DNA of 64,000 bases from an uncultured Rivularia sp. (GCA_963665115.1 OY762007.1:6176001-6240000), one strand, 5' to 3'; shown: positions 21,703 through 32,756, numbered from the stretch's first letter. The notes: generated from the sequence alone by a model not told the origin. A program made the numbers and translations.

Positions 21703-22653
21703 TTAAAAAATATAATAATCATGTTTATGCTTTAAAATTGTTCGCCACAACTCAGATACGAATACAGGTGGCACAGCATTCCCTAAAATAGCACCGTCTA
21801 CTGCTGTTGTTCCGCTCAGTTGATACTCCAAAGGAAATTCACTCAAACGTTTTACCATTTCCATATTTGCCAACTTAACAGTACCATCTGGTAAAAATAT
21901 ATCCGCAAATTTATTTCGGTTGGCTCCTTTTCCATCCATAAAATAAGATTTAATTATTGTTAGAAATGAGCAGTCCGAGGTGACAGGTTTACATCTTCTA
22001 CCGATACGAAACTTCCAAGTTGGTAATTCTACATCCATTGGTTCTTTATTACTTTTTTCTGTGGGAATATCTTTAATAACATCCCACCAATTAACAACAG
22101 GTTCGAGGCTTACTTCTTCGAGTAATTCTCTTATTTTCGATGCACGTAGAATAATTCGATATCTTTTTTGAAGTGATGATACTCTACAAATTGACCATTC
22201 AAATTTGTATCCCATTGCTGTAAGGTTTTTACAAATCAAAAGCTTAAAAGTATTAGAATTTTTGTAACCCGGTACATTCTCTAATACAAAATGCTTTGGT
22301 TGTAAATTAAAGACTGCTCCCATTGTTGATATCGCCATATCAAAGTCATTCGTCATTTCAATTTTTTGACGTTTGGCAATACTGAAATTACAGCAAACAG
22401 TGGATGCCCAAAGTAAGTCGGGATTAATTGGAAATCCAGCCCACCCTTCTTCTTGACATTGCTGTACTGATTTACGAATTAAGTTGTGGTTAGGGAAATT
22501 CTTTCGATAATTATCAGCAATTTTTTCGCTTAATTTTGGATTAGTCGGGTCAAATTCTGCTGCCCAAACTTCTGCATTAGGATTCACTTCTTTAATTCCA
22601 CAAGCAACCCCACCACCACCCGCGAATAATTCCACTACTTGCACTGTACTCAA
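21703..22653 (-). CDS. DNA (cytosine-5) methyltransferase
   Basis: Motif I ELFAGGGG, motif IV ASTVC, motif VI ENV, motif VIII QKRYR, motif X LGNAVPP. Confidence 0.8.
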   Translation of the reverse strand: MSTVQVVELFAGGGGVACGIKEVNPNAEVWAAEFDPTNPKLSEKIADNYRKNFPNHNLIRKSVQQCQEEGWAGFPINPDLLWASTVCCNFSIAKRQKIEMTNDFDMAISTMGAVFNLQPKHFVLENVPGYKNSNTFKLLICKNLTAMGYKFEWSICRVSSLQKRYRIILRASKIRELLEEVSLEPVVNWWDVIKDIPTEKSNKEPMDVELPTWKFRIGRRCKPVTSDCSFLTIIKSYFMDGKGANRNKFADIFLPDGTVKLANMEMVKRLSEFPLEYQLSGTTAVDGAILGNAVPPVFVSELWRTILKHKHDYYIF

Positions 22654-22802
22654 CTCCTTGACTTGACGAACAGGATAGGGCTTATTATCAGAGGCTATGC
22701 AATAAGCATGGTCAATTGTTCGGGTGCGTTGACAATCCGTGATTCAACCTGCTTCTTTAATCTATTGGGAATCCAATCAAAATCACTGCGATACGCGGAG
22801 CG

Positions 22803-23933
22803 TCATGCCTCCGGCATATCGCCAGTGCTTTCAATGTGCTTCACCAAGAAATCAGCAAAGCGACTATTGTGTAGCTCGCTAAAAATTTCACTCTGTTTTG
22901 TCGTTTTACGCATCAATTGAATTTTTCTAAAGAAATTAGTATCTCTTCTAGCTACCTTCCGAATACTTTCCCAAGTCAAATTTGCTCTAGCAATATAACT
23001 TTTAACTAAGCTCTTAAGAAACTCTTCTATTTCTTGTTCATTGGAGGTTGTAGGTTCCCCAGTATTTATCTCTTCAACTTTTGGTGACTCAGAAATTTGC
23101 TTGTTATCTTCACCACCTTCTTCTACAACGAATGCTAAATCTTTAGCCTCGTAAGCGAAAGTTCCGATAGGGATTGCGACTTTTAGCAAAGATAATTCAG
23201 TATTCACAATTCTCCCAACTTGACCTTGGTGTAATTCTCCAACAACTTTTACTAAGTCTCCAACTCTAAATTTTTTTGGTATTACTGGAGTTACATCAAA
23301 AGCTTGCTGTCTTTGTGGATGCTGTCCTTGAGCTTGTTCATCATCTTCGCCGAGTTTTGTTTTTAAAAGTTTAATGTCGCCCACAGCATCTAAATATTTA
23401 CATTTGTATTCGTGTAATGAATTCGCTAAATTTTCTTTCTCACTTCGCAGTTTTTCAATGTCAGGATTGACTATAGTTTCCTCAACAAGATTTTTCAAGG
23501 TTTTATTTTCCTGCTCCATTGTAAAAAATTTATTTGAAACTTCTTCAATTTTGTCGGCGAACCTGGTGCGTTCTTCTTTTAACTGTTGCTGCAATTTTTC
23601 AACTGTGTCATTTTTTGAGAATTCTTCTAATCTTACTTTTAAGTTTTGAATCTTCTGCTTTAAATCCGCATTTTCTTCTTCAACTCTGTTTCTACTTTCA
23701 GTAGCGACTTGGACAGTTAAAGGTGCAATAATACTTACTACATCAACAACCTTGTTCCGCCACATTATCAATTCTTCTTCGCTTACAGATAAATCTTGTA
23801 ACTGACTGTTAGTATCAGCAATCTTATTCAAGGCTGCATCTGCTATATTACTAACTTCTCTCACCTTTTCTGCTTCAGCTTGCAATGCTTTAATTTGAGT
23901 TTCAATTTCAGTTAAACGAGGAAAGACGAACAT
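22803..23933 (-). CDS. Hypothetical coiled-coil protein with KOW-like motif
   Basis: Long E/K/Q heptad region; FRVGDLVKVVGELHQGQVGRI. Confidence 0.6.
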   Translation of the reverse strand: MFVFPRLTEIETQIKALQAEAEKVREVSNIADAALNKIADTNSQLQDLSVSEEELIMWRNKVVDVVSIIAPLTVQVATESRNRVEEENADLKQKIQNLKVRLEEFSKNDTVEKLQQQLKEERTRFADKIEEVSNKFFTMEQENKTLKNLVEETIVNPDIEKLRSEKENLANSLHEYKCKYLDAVGDIKLLKTKLGEDDEQAQGQHPQRQQAFDVTPVIPKKFRVGDLVKVVGELHQGQVGRIVNTELSLLKVAIPIGTFAYEAKDLAFVVEEGGEDNKQISESPKVEEINTGEPTTSNEQEIEEFLKSLVKSYIARANLTWESIRKVARRDTNFFRKIQLMRKTTKQSEIFSELHNSRFADFLVKHIESTGDMPEA

Positions 23934-24116
23934 GATAAATCCTTATTATGGAAAATATAGAACAGTCTCGGATGAGAATATGATGATTTTTAAAACTGTG
24001 AGTAATTATTCTTATAACGTAAATAGTAAGCAAGGCGTAAAACTATTGTAATTTATGATTTACTTTTGTATATTATAAAAGCCTTTATAGAAGCGCATTA
24101 ACAATCCACCGATATT

Positions 24117-24941
24117 TTAATTGATTAAATTATTAGTATTTTTCAGCAATACTTTATTGATAGCTTCTAATCTTCGTTTTTGGTCTAAAGCAATGCAATT
24201 CCATCTCCAACGTTCCGACCACATTGAATATTTTCGTAACCTCGTAGTGTAGTAAGTATTTTGAGGATTAGCACAAATTGAAAATAAACCGACTCGTGAA
24301 TTTCCTGCTTCAAGTTGTCCATTACTTTTGCGAAAAGCTTCAACCCTCGCCCATAATATCGCTTCTTTACCCTTTAATTCTTTCTTCAAAGCGTCAGCAT
24401 ATCTTTTAGGGAAAGCATCAGACACACGAGGAGAAGCTTGATTCCACTGGTCTAAATTATTAATAAATGCTTCAATATTTTGTTCAGGCTTTATGCCAGC
24501 ATTTTGAAGTTTTCCAACTAATCTAGGAATGCGGCTTCTAGTTCTTTTTAAACATACTGCATCCGCATTTTCTAAACTTGTTCCGCCTCTACCTTGGTCG
24601 CTACACCAGCCCCGATTAGCAATTGAATTTCCAGGATCAACATGATAGTAATATAATGAAGTCTTTTTTCCATTTATTGTACAATTTCCTTCGGCTGCAC
24701 AAATTGCTAATACACCCATAGAGGAATTGTTAGCAAATAAATCTTTTAATTCGGTAGAATATGAAGCGTGAGTTGAAGAGATGCTTTTGACCCCATCCGA
24801 AATAAATTTAATTACTGGTTTACTTAATGCAAAGCTTGTAATCAAAAATAATAATAGGATATTCAGTAAATCCCATTTGTATCCTAATTTAATTGAATCG
24901 TTCATTATTAGTAGAATCCTGAAGATGCAATTTACCGCCAT
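24117..24941 (-). CDS. Hypothetical membrane-anchored protein, possibly lysozyme-like
   Basis: N-terminal hydrophobic helix; AICAAEG..YYYHVDPGN motif. The function is a guess. Confidence 0.45.
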   Translation of the reverse strand: MAVNCIFRILLIMNDSIKLGYKWDLLNILLLFLITSFALSKPVIKFISDGVKSISSTHASYSTELKDLFANNSSMGVLAICAAEGNCTINGKKTSLYYYHVDPGNSIANRGWCSDQGRGGTSLENADAVCLKRTRSRIPRLVGKLQNAGIKPEQNIEAFINNLDQWNQASPRVSDAFPKRYADALKKELKGKEAILWARVEAFRKSNGQLEAGNSRVGLFSICANPQNTYYTTRLRKYSMWSERWRWNCIALDQKRRLEAINKVLLKNTNNLIN

Positions 24942-25372
24942 TATATTGAAGTAAAGGAATATAATGTTACTAAAAAAATACTGACTAACAATAACTGTTT
25001 TATAATTAGTGGAAAGCTACACCAAAAATGCAAACTTTTTTGAATAATATTAGGTTGCCAAGGGGCTTTAGCTTTCATATGCCCACCATGAATTAACCAA
25101 TGAGCAAACGGGCAAAGCGGAAGTACATCTTTACCTAATTCCTCATGTCCTAGATGCCGATAGCCGACTCCTGTATGATGTATGTTGTATTTACCATATT
25201 TTCTAGTCGCATATTTGCCTATTCTTATCCAAGGAAACATCGAAGATCTATTGCCAGATTGCTTTAACCATTGATAGTGCTTACTTCTCCAAGCGTCGGA
25301 TTTAATGTACGAATAATAATCGCTTGGAGACAGATATTTTTTTGTTTTCATTCTCAATTTCCTGTTGGGCAT
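24941..25372 (-). CDS. Small HNH-like protein with C-terminal hydrophobic tail
   Basis: IHHT..YRHLGHE..VLPLCPFAHWLIH. Confidence 0.55.
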   Translation of the reverse strand: MPNRKLRMKTKKYLSPSDYYSYIKSDAWRSKHYQWLKQSGNRSSMFPWIRIGKYATRKYGKYNIHHTGVGYRHLGHEELGKDVLPLCPFAHWLIHGGHMKAKAPWQPNIIQKSLHFWCSFPLIIKQLLLVSIFLVTLYSFTSI

Positions 25373-25377
25373 AAAAG

Positions 25378-26117
25378 TTAAAATTTCAATTCTTTCGCTG
25401 CAATAAATGTAGTTGAAAATATGAAATTATTATCTGCTTGATAATCCACATCTTGACGTAAATAACTCATAAATTCTTGATGTCCTGCTGATGTTCTTCC
25501 TACCGGACATCCAGCGCTTGCATTATCAACAAACTTTTGGTCGTTTCCACTATGTTGATTCGCTCCAATGATTGAATATTCCTTCTTATCATATTTATCA
25601 ATTTTGCTATTACGGTTGAAGTCCCGGATTATGTTTACTGGTGCAACTTGAAAGACGGCAATCTCGCGACCTTTATGTTTACCAATACGCCAAGCTTTAT
25701 ACTGTCCGGGCACTTGTATTTGTGCTGCACCATCATTATTCAGGGGTTGCTTCACATAATAATTACCCGGTTCTATAGACGCTTCCCAAGCACCAATCAG
25801 TCTGGGAGTGGGATTTACTTCTACTAAAAACCGAGAATCATTAAATTGGTTATCTTATCAGCTTGTTTTGGTTGATTGAGGGTTTTTGAAAAACTAATAC
25901 CAGCAATTCGGTTTAACTGAAGTTTGGATTCAAACCACTGGTTTACTTGCGGATGTAGAATGGCGATCGCCATTCCTAAAGACAATCCAAAACAACAAAT
26001 ACGTCCCCTTACCTTAGATAATCTAAATTTACGATATGCTTCCTCAAATGCCTTTATTTCTTGATACTGAATTTCTATTGGGAGATGTTTGAGTAATTCT
26101 TCAGGTTGAAATGACAT
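25378..26117 (-). pseudogene. Split gene, putative cell-wall-related domain protein
   Basis: ORFs 25824..26117 and 25378..25755 join if one GATAA of GATAAGATAA (about 25850) is removed, giving ADNQFNDSRF..WEASIEPG..GQYKAW..NQHSG..SAGCPVG. Confidence 0.5.
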
Positions 26118-26476
26118 GTAACATTCTTGTTATAAGCATCTAATAATGTTCGACAATTTTCATGTCCTAAAGGCTGTTGAGTTTCTTGAGTAGAAATGGG
26201 TAAGGATTCTGAGTGCGTCAACTTTCCTTTTACCGAACGAATATCGTTAATAAGCTTTGTAATTAATGGTTGCATATTTGGGATTAAAGCAAACGAAGCA
26301 TATCCAGGACTCGCCATATCCAAAATAAATACGACAAACACAGTACTGGTAATAAGAAAACTCGAATAGGGAACCCTTACCCAAGAGGAGTGAGGGAGGG
26401 AGTGAGGGAATTTATCGGATTTTTTGAACATTTCTAGTTTATATGCAAGTACTTTATTCTTCTCTCCCTCTCTCAC
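26075..26476 (-). CDS. Hypothetical membrane protein
   Basis: Co-oriented ORF with one hydrophobic segment. Confidence 0.4.
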   Translation of the reverse strand: MREGEKNKVLAYKLEMFKKSDKFPHSLPHSSWVRVPYSSFLITSTVFVVFILDMASPGYASFALIPNMQPLITKLINDIRSVKGKLTHSESLPISTQETQQPLGHENCRTLLDAYNKNVTCHFNLKNYSNISQ

Positions 26477-26482
26477 TCTCTT

Positions 26483-27153
26483 CTACTTCCTCCTTACAGG
26501 TTGATATTGACCATCCCCAGTCCAAGTAGTCAAAGGTAAAGTAGTTGTCTGTTTTGGCTGCTGCACATTGACAGGTGGTTGTTGCCAATTATTTGATTCA
26601 ACAGTCTGTAGACGTACAGCCCTATCTAAACTATCTCCGGCTGCGGTTGCAACTTGACCAAATCCATTCCAAACACCGTTAGCGACAGGCTTACCAGCAT
26701 TAATCACGCCGTGACCAAAACGGACTGGAGTAGAAGTATTCTGCGGTAATTCGCGAGGATTGCGAGTTGCAATTAGTCCGCCTAAAAAGAATTGAGCCAC
26801 CCAGGAGCCAACAATTAAAGTGCCAATACTCATACTCCAGAAAGCAAACGAACGCCAGGGCTTAAAAGGATTAGTATGATTGGCTACAGTACCCAAAGTA
26901 CCAATTGCAGCGCCTGCTCCATTTTCCATTGCTGGGGTTACACCACGGCTGCATTTTTGACCCCAATTGTAAGCACCCTTAGCGTAGCGTCCGGCATTAT
27001 AGGCGCGATTACGCCACTGATTGTTACGAGAATATCGGTCGTCATAGCCGTCATCAAATTCCTCGGGCCGGTGTATCTATCACGTTGGTATCTAATTGAT
27101 GGCTTGAAGCCAATTGTGGTAAATCTCTTCGATACACTTGTTTTCTAGTCATA
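26483..27153 (-). CDS. Hypothetical membrane protein (probable start near 27153; +1 frameshift near 27068)
   Basis: ATG with GGAG RBS (MTRKQVYRR) joins ORF 26483..26929 after removal of one base. Confidence 0.5.
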
Positions 27154-27213
27154 TTTACTCCTAATTAATGAATTAAAGTATTTGATCCGAATCATTGGTC
27201 AATCGTTAACGGC

Positions 27214-27883
27214 TTATGTTTTATCTCCATCAGAACCCCATATATCTTCTTGCTCCATTAGCTTTTGACGAAACTGTTCGGTATCTGTGGATATAGATGA
27301 ACTTTCTTCTGATGGTGGTTTTTTCGCCTTTTCTGGAAGATACAGATACTGGGGGCAGTATTTTTGAACAAGTTGAATGTAGTTATACTTATCCTTTCCA
27401 TCAATTCGAGTTGCAGGTGGTCCTTGCATCCAAGTAGGAATTTCCACTCTTGTTCTTTGTCTTTCTCCGCCATCGGGGCGAATCAAATAAGCCCAACCAG
27501 CGCAACGCTTATTACCTTCTACTTTAGTGTCAGTAATAGCTTGAGCATATACCCACACTATGGCATCTTTGATGGTTTGAGATTTACCAGTTAGAGCCTT
27601 AGCTCCACCTAACATAGCCTGAGTATCACCATGACTGGCGAAGGACACGGACATATTAGCCTGTCGTAAAAATTGCACTACTGCTTCCCAAAATTTAGGC
27701 ATAACGCTAGAATCAATCGCATCGATTTCACTAGAATAATTAGACATCTCATCAAGCGATAGATGTAGGTGATAATCGTCAAACGGTTCATACTCCTTCA
27801 TCTCGTCACCAGCTTCTGCGATTCTCCAAAATGCAATACGAGTAAATTCGCGGATAGCATTGGTAGCTTCAACAAACTTGTAA
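27214..27883 (-). pseudogene. C-terminal fragment of a P-loop ATPase (FtsK/VirD4-like), truncated by IS1634
   Basis: Walker B-like LHLSLDEMSN with no Walker A; the frame is cut at the IS terminal repeat. Confidence 0.5.
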
Positions 27884-30172
27884 CCCACATTCCGCACTTC
27901 AGGATGTAGTACAATGAAATACGAAATTTATCTCCGATATGAATAAATAAAAACACTCAGAATATTTAAGTAAATTGGTTCTTCAACACTTAGTATAAAA
28001 CTCATTAAGTGAAGGCTTCATAGCGGTGAATCAACTCGTTGGCGAGGGCGAATTGAACTACCGCTACGCTTGATTCGATTGCGTTGAGACGGGCTTACAA
28101 TTAACTCATAAAAACCCTAAATAGTCATAGCCCGCCTCAACGCCGCTTCGCTATATGCCGCTTTCAGCGGCACGCTTCGCTAACGAATCATAGTTCAATT
28201 CTTAAATAAGAAAATGAGACAATAAAAAAAATTGTAGAGGTAAAAAAGTGTCTCCAACATCAAAAGCAGAAATAAAAAATATCGACCATCTTGGAATAGT
28301 AGCTGGATTAATTGATGAAATAGGAATAGTTGAAACAATTAATTCCAAGTTAAGAATAGACCCTCGCGAGAAGATTTCAGCAGGAATTTTAGTAAAAGCT
28401 ATTTTAATAAATGGACTAGGATTTGTGTCAAGACGTGAAGCTCGCCGTGGGGATACTCCCCACGGCAGACTTCACCTTTATATTTATTTAACCAATTTTT
28501 TGATGATAAAGGAATAAAAATATTATTAGGAGAAGATGTAGAAAGTGATTATATTAATGACGATAAGATTGGACGAGTTATGGATAAATTATACAAGTAT
28601 GGATTAAATAATCTTTTTATAGAAATTGTATTATCAGTAATAAAAAAGTTTCAGATAGATATAAAATATTCACATTTAGATGCAACATCATTCCATTTGC
28701 ATGGGAAATACAACAGTGAAGAGAGTAAGGATAAATCTTCAGAAATACTTAGAGAAAGACCAATAATAACTAAGGGCTATTCTCGTGACCACAGACCAGA
28801 CTTAAAACAAGTAGTTTTAGACTTAGTAACAAGTGGGGATGGTGATTTACCGTTACTAATGAGGACTGGAGATGGAAATGAAGCAGATAAAGCCGTATTT
28901 GGAAAAATATTAGTCGAGTTTAAAAAGCAAATAGTTTTTGATAGTATTATGGTATGTGATAGTGCATTATATAGTCAAGAAAATATCCAACTAATCCAAC
29001 ATATAAAATGGATAAGTAGAGTTCCAATGACTATCAAAAAGGCTAAAGAATTAATTCAGTCTGTAGAGATAGAAGAAGTAGACTCAGAAGAAAGAAAAAA
29101 AAGAGCAGACTTAAATTTAGATGGATATAGATGGAAAGAGGAAATAGTTAATTATGGTGGAATTAAACAAGTTTGGCTAGTAGTAGAAAGTGAAAAAAGG
29201 AAAAATAGTGATTTGGAGAAGCTAGAGAAAAAACTAAAAAAAGAAAGAGAAAAAGTTGAAAAACTTTTAAAAGAGTTAAGAAAAGAAGATTTTGAAACCC
29301 CAGAACAAGCTCGCTATAAATTAAAAGGAATCAACAAAAAACTGAAGCTATTCGGAATTAAAGAAATTAACATAATGAAAACTAATGCTTCATGTAATAA
29401 GACTGTTTACAAAATGGAAGGAGAAAGTTATCAAAAAATAGAAGAGATAGATTTACAAAGAAAACAAGCAGGAAGATTTATTTTAGCGACTAATTTAGTT
29501 GACGATGATAAATTAAAACCAGAAGAAATTATTATAAATTATAAAAATCAACAGTCTTGTGTTAGCGAAGCGTGCCTCGAAGAGGCATGAGAGGATTTAG
29601 ATTTCTTAAAGACCCTTTATTTTTTGCTGATAGTTTCTTTGTTGAAAATCCTGAAAGAATAGAGAGTATGTTGTTTTTAATGTCTTTATGCTTATTAGTT
29701 TATAATCTCGGTCAAAGGGAACTGAGAAATAATTTAAAAAGAGCCAAAATCGGAATCAAGAATCAACTAAGGAAGTTAACAGATTCTCCTACATTAAGAT
29801 GGGTTTTTCAATGTTTCCAAGGTATTCATATTTTAACCTTAAATGGAATTAATTAAATTGTTAATTTAACTGAAGAACGTAATTTTATCTTGAATTATCT
29901 ACCGTCATCTTGTCAAAAATACTATTTACTTACTTGCGGATAAACATTTTTCTGCATAGTGAATCAAAATTTATCAATCTCCGAAGGAACAGTTGTTGTT
30001 CCGAAGTTTTCTAATACTTAAATAACTTGCATTTATGAGCCAAATATTTTATGTTTAATATTTTTCTTCCTTCATCACATTAATTCAGTATTAATTATTT
30101 AATTATTCTGATTTTTTGCTTTTATCTTCACTGTATTTTATTCGTGTTTCAATTTGAAGTGCGGAATGTGGG
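27884..30172 (+). mobile_element. IS1634-family element with inactivated transposase (28248-29943)
   Basis: Perfect 18-bp TIR CCCACATTCCGCACTTCA; motifs DHLGIVAG, HLDATSF, GYSRDHRPDLKQ, GRFILATN, RGFRFLKDP; two small insertions and a TAA at 29854. Confidence 0.92.
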
Positions 30173-30300
30173 TTATAACCAGTTAATAGAGCTAGAAGTT
30201 TGCAGCACTCTTTGCGATATCCATATTCTCCTGGCTTTTTGTCGCTTTTTATCGGAATCCATTTAGAGCAAAACTCCTTTGGTTCTAAAGGTTCAAACAT
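30173..30300 (-). pseudogene. 5' fragment of a small hypothetical gene truncated by IS1634
   Basis: MFEPLEPKEFCSKW..GYRKECCKLLALLTGY runs into the TIR. Confidence 0.5.
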
Positions 30301-30580
30301 TTAATTTCTAATTTTGGTCTAAATACACCACCTCCAGATACCTAGAATTCGCTTAAAATACAATTCAACCCTATAGGTTTAAGTTTTATCCTAAGACTAC
30401 TAGGAGAAGGTGAAGATGTCAGCAAGACAATTATCCTCAATTCTCCCCTATTAGTTGACGTGAGATTGCTTTTTAATTTTGCACAGATTATATATTTTTA
30501 CGGTGATTATGGGAATAGGGGAATAAGACCATATGGGAATATTGATTCAATTCCCCTAATGTCATGTCAAAATAGATGGC

Positions 30581-30754
30581 ATGGCTAAAAGCGAAGATAC
30601 AGTTAAGTTAATAATTGGCAAAGAATTAAAAATCCGTTTCAAGTCCCTGTGCGTCCAGGCTGAAACGGATATGAGTGCTGTGGCTAAAGAATTAATTGCA
30701 TTATGGTGCTTGGAGCAGGAGAAAAAGCTAACTTCACAGAGAAAGATGGATTAA
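30581..30754 (+). CDS. Ribbon-helix-helix (CopG/ParG-like) small DNA-binding protein, 57 aa (below the ORF-track cutoff)
   Basis: MAKSEDTVKLIIGKELKIRFKSLCVQAETDMSAVAKELIALW pattern. Confidence 0.65.
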   Translation: MAKSEDTVKLIIGKELKIRFKSLCVQAETDMSAVAKELIALWCLEQEKKLTSQRKMD

Positions 30755-30795
30755 AACTGATATTTTCTTACTACTAAGTAATGTTTGTTGAGCTA

Positions 30796-32337
30796 TTAAC
30801 GAATCACTTCTTCTAATTGTGTCTCTTGTGGCTCGGTTGTGTCTAAAATTTTTAAATAACTTTTTTCTTCGTCTGAAAATGGGTCTGCATTCTGTAACTG
30901 TGATGACAATAGATTAGCAGTAGCATCAGTAATATCACCACTCCGCCGATTTAGGCGATCGCGCAAAATTTCTTCGGGTGCAGTACACTGAATAATTTTC
31001 AGAGGAATTTGATGTTGTTTAGCTGCGGCGATCGCATCAGCGCGGATATTTTGTTTATCGTATTTAGCATCTAAAATTACCGTAAATCCTTGAGTTGTCA
31101 GCATTATTCCTAACTCTAGGAGTTTGCTGTAAGTTTTTGACGACATTTCTTCGGTATATAATTTATCGCTACCTCTTTCTAACAAAGGTATTCCTGCTAA
31201 ATGTTTGCGAACAGCATCAGAACGGATTCGTATTGCTCCTAACTTCGGAGATAAATAGCGAGCAACTGTACTTTTACCGGAACCGGAAACTCCCGACATT
31301 AAAAATAGCTTACCTTGTCGGGGCTTAGTATAACTCCAAGCTTGTTTATAATAATCAGCAGCAATTTTTCTCGACTCTTCTTTTGCATTCACAGAAACTT
31401 CTGACTCATCAAGTAAAAATGAATTTACCTTGGCTCTGACATAAGCTTGTCTGCTCAAATACAGGGGTAATAACTGTAAACCTTCCCAGTCTCCTGTCTG
31501 TTCCAAGTATGTATTTAAAAAAATATTAGCTAAATCTTTTCTTTTACGAGCTTCCAAATCCATGACTGTAAAAGCGATGTCGTACATAACATCAACAAAT
31601 CTGAATGATTCGTTAAATTCAATACAGTCAAATAGTAAGATTTGCGAATGCCACATACAGATATTGCGTAAGTGTAAATCTCCATGACACTCACGAATAC
31701 AATCATTTTTGATGCGATTGACAAATAATTCTGGATGTTGAGTAAAAAAATTATCGGTATAAGCTTTGGTTTCTTTATACTGAGTTTTCGTTTGCGCTTC
31801 TCCGATATACTTACTAGTTACCTCGTAGTTCTCGTCAATTGAATACCTAACTTTATCAACTTCACCAAAGCTACCAATGTAATCCGACGTTTCAGCTTGA
31901 GAATGATAGCGAGCTACAACTTTACCTAACTCTTCTATATGGGACTCACTTAATTTTCCTTGTTCGAGCATAGTACTCAGCAACCCCCCTTGAGGGAACT
32001 GATGCATCTTTAGTGCGTATTCTACAGCCTTTGTTGTACCTTTTAGATGATATTGTTCGCCATCTTGAGTAATAGGCAACACTTCCAAATATAGTGGTGC
32101 TGCTCCCCTTTTATTCAATCGCAATTCTTCTTGACAAAAATGGGAGCGCTTCTCCAGAGTGGAAAAATCTAAAAAGCCAAAATTCACAGGTTTTTTGACT
32201 TTGTAGGCATAATCACCAGTTAATAAAATATAAGAAATATGAGTTTGAACTAACTGTATTTTTTTGCTAACCGGATGCGGATAAAAATCCGGTTTTAGCA
32301 TTTGTTTAATTAAAGTTGGGATAGATGCACTTGGCAT
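30796..32337 (-). CDS. APH-like kinase fused to a P-loop (AAA_33/gluconokinase-like) domain, Rv2004c-like
   Basis: QTHIS, YKVKK, ECHGDLHLRN, FDCIEFN; Walker A GVSGSGKS. Confidence 0.88.
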   Translation of the reverse strand: MPSASIPTLIKQMLKPDFYPHPVSKKIQLVQTHISYILLTGDYAYKVKKPVNFGFLDFSTLEKRSHFCQEELRLNKRGAAPLYLEVLPITQDGEQYHLKGTTKAVEYALKMHQFPQGGLLSTMLEQGKLSESHIEELGKVVARYHSQAETSDYIGSFGEVDKVRYSIDENYEVTSKYIGEAQTKTQYKETKAYTDNFFTQHPELFVNRIKNDCIRECHGDLHLRNICMWHSQILLFDCIEFNESFRFVDVMYDIAFTVMDLEARKRKDLANIFLNTYLEQTGDWEGLQLLPLYLSRQAYVRAKVNSFLLDESEVSVNAKEESRKIAADYYKQAWSYTKPRQGKLFLMSGVSGSGKSTVARYLSPKLGAIRIRSDAVRKHLAGIPLLERGSDKLYTEEMSSKTYSKLLELGIMLTTQGFTVILDAKYDKQNIRADAIAAAKQHQIPLKIIQCTAPEEILRDRLNRRSGDITDATANLLSSQLQNADPFSDEEKSYLKILDTTEPQETQLEEVIR

Positions 32338-32377
32338 TATTTATAATTCTCTTAAAAAACTGACGGCTGTCTGCATA

Positions 32378-32490
32378 TAGCGTTTCTCAATCTGGTGAAG
32401 TACAGCTTTCTTTATCTCCCCTCTCCAAAATAGCGGAGAGGGGTTAGGGGTGAGGTTTTGATATGTACCTTGATAGACCGGGAAGCGCTA
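32378..32490. mobile_element. 113-bp MITE with ends matching the local IS630
   Basis: Left end TAGCGTTTCTCAATCTGGTGAAGTACA (1 mismatch to the IS end), related right end, TA flanks, internal CCTCTCC..GGAGAGG hairpin. Confidence 0.85.
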
Positions 32491-32554
32491 TAAAGCGGGC
32501 TAGAAATAATCTTAACCCGCTCATTGGCTTTTTCAAGTAAACTTTTTCCAATGT

Positions 32555-32731
32555 TTAATAGTGTCTGTTTTCGGCTGAATCGCCTTCGTATGGTTGTACC
32601 CCCGATTTAGGATAATCATCATCGCTAGGACTAAAAATTCGACTTATTCCATTAGTTGTAAATTTAATCAATTTTTGGGGAATTTCTACAACTGATTTAA
32701 TCATTCTTTTAGCTTTAGATGCGGTAGACAT
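32555..32731 (-). CDS. Conserved small cyanobacterial protein
   Basis: RIFSPSDDDYPKSGVQPYEGD motif; AGGAG RBS before ATG 32731. Confidence 0.65.
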   Translation of the reverse strand: MSTASKAKRMIKSVVEIPQKLIKFTTNGISRIFSPSDDDYPKSGVQPYEGDSAENRHY

Positions 32732-32756
32732 ACGAGTATTCTCCTTTTTATTTAAT

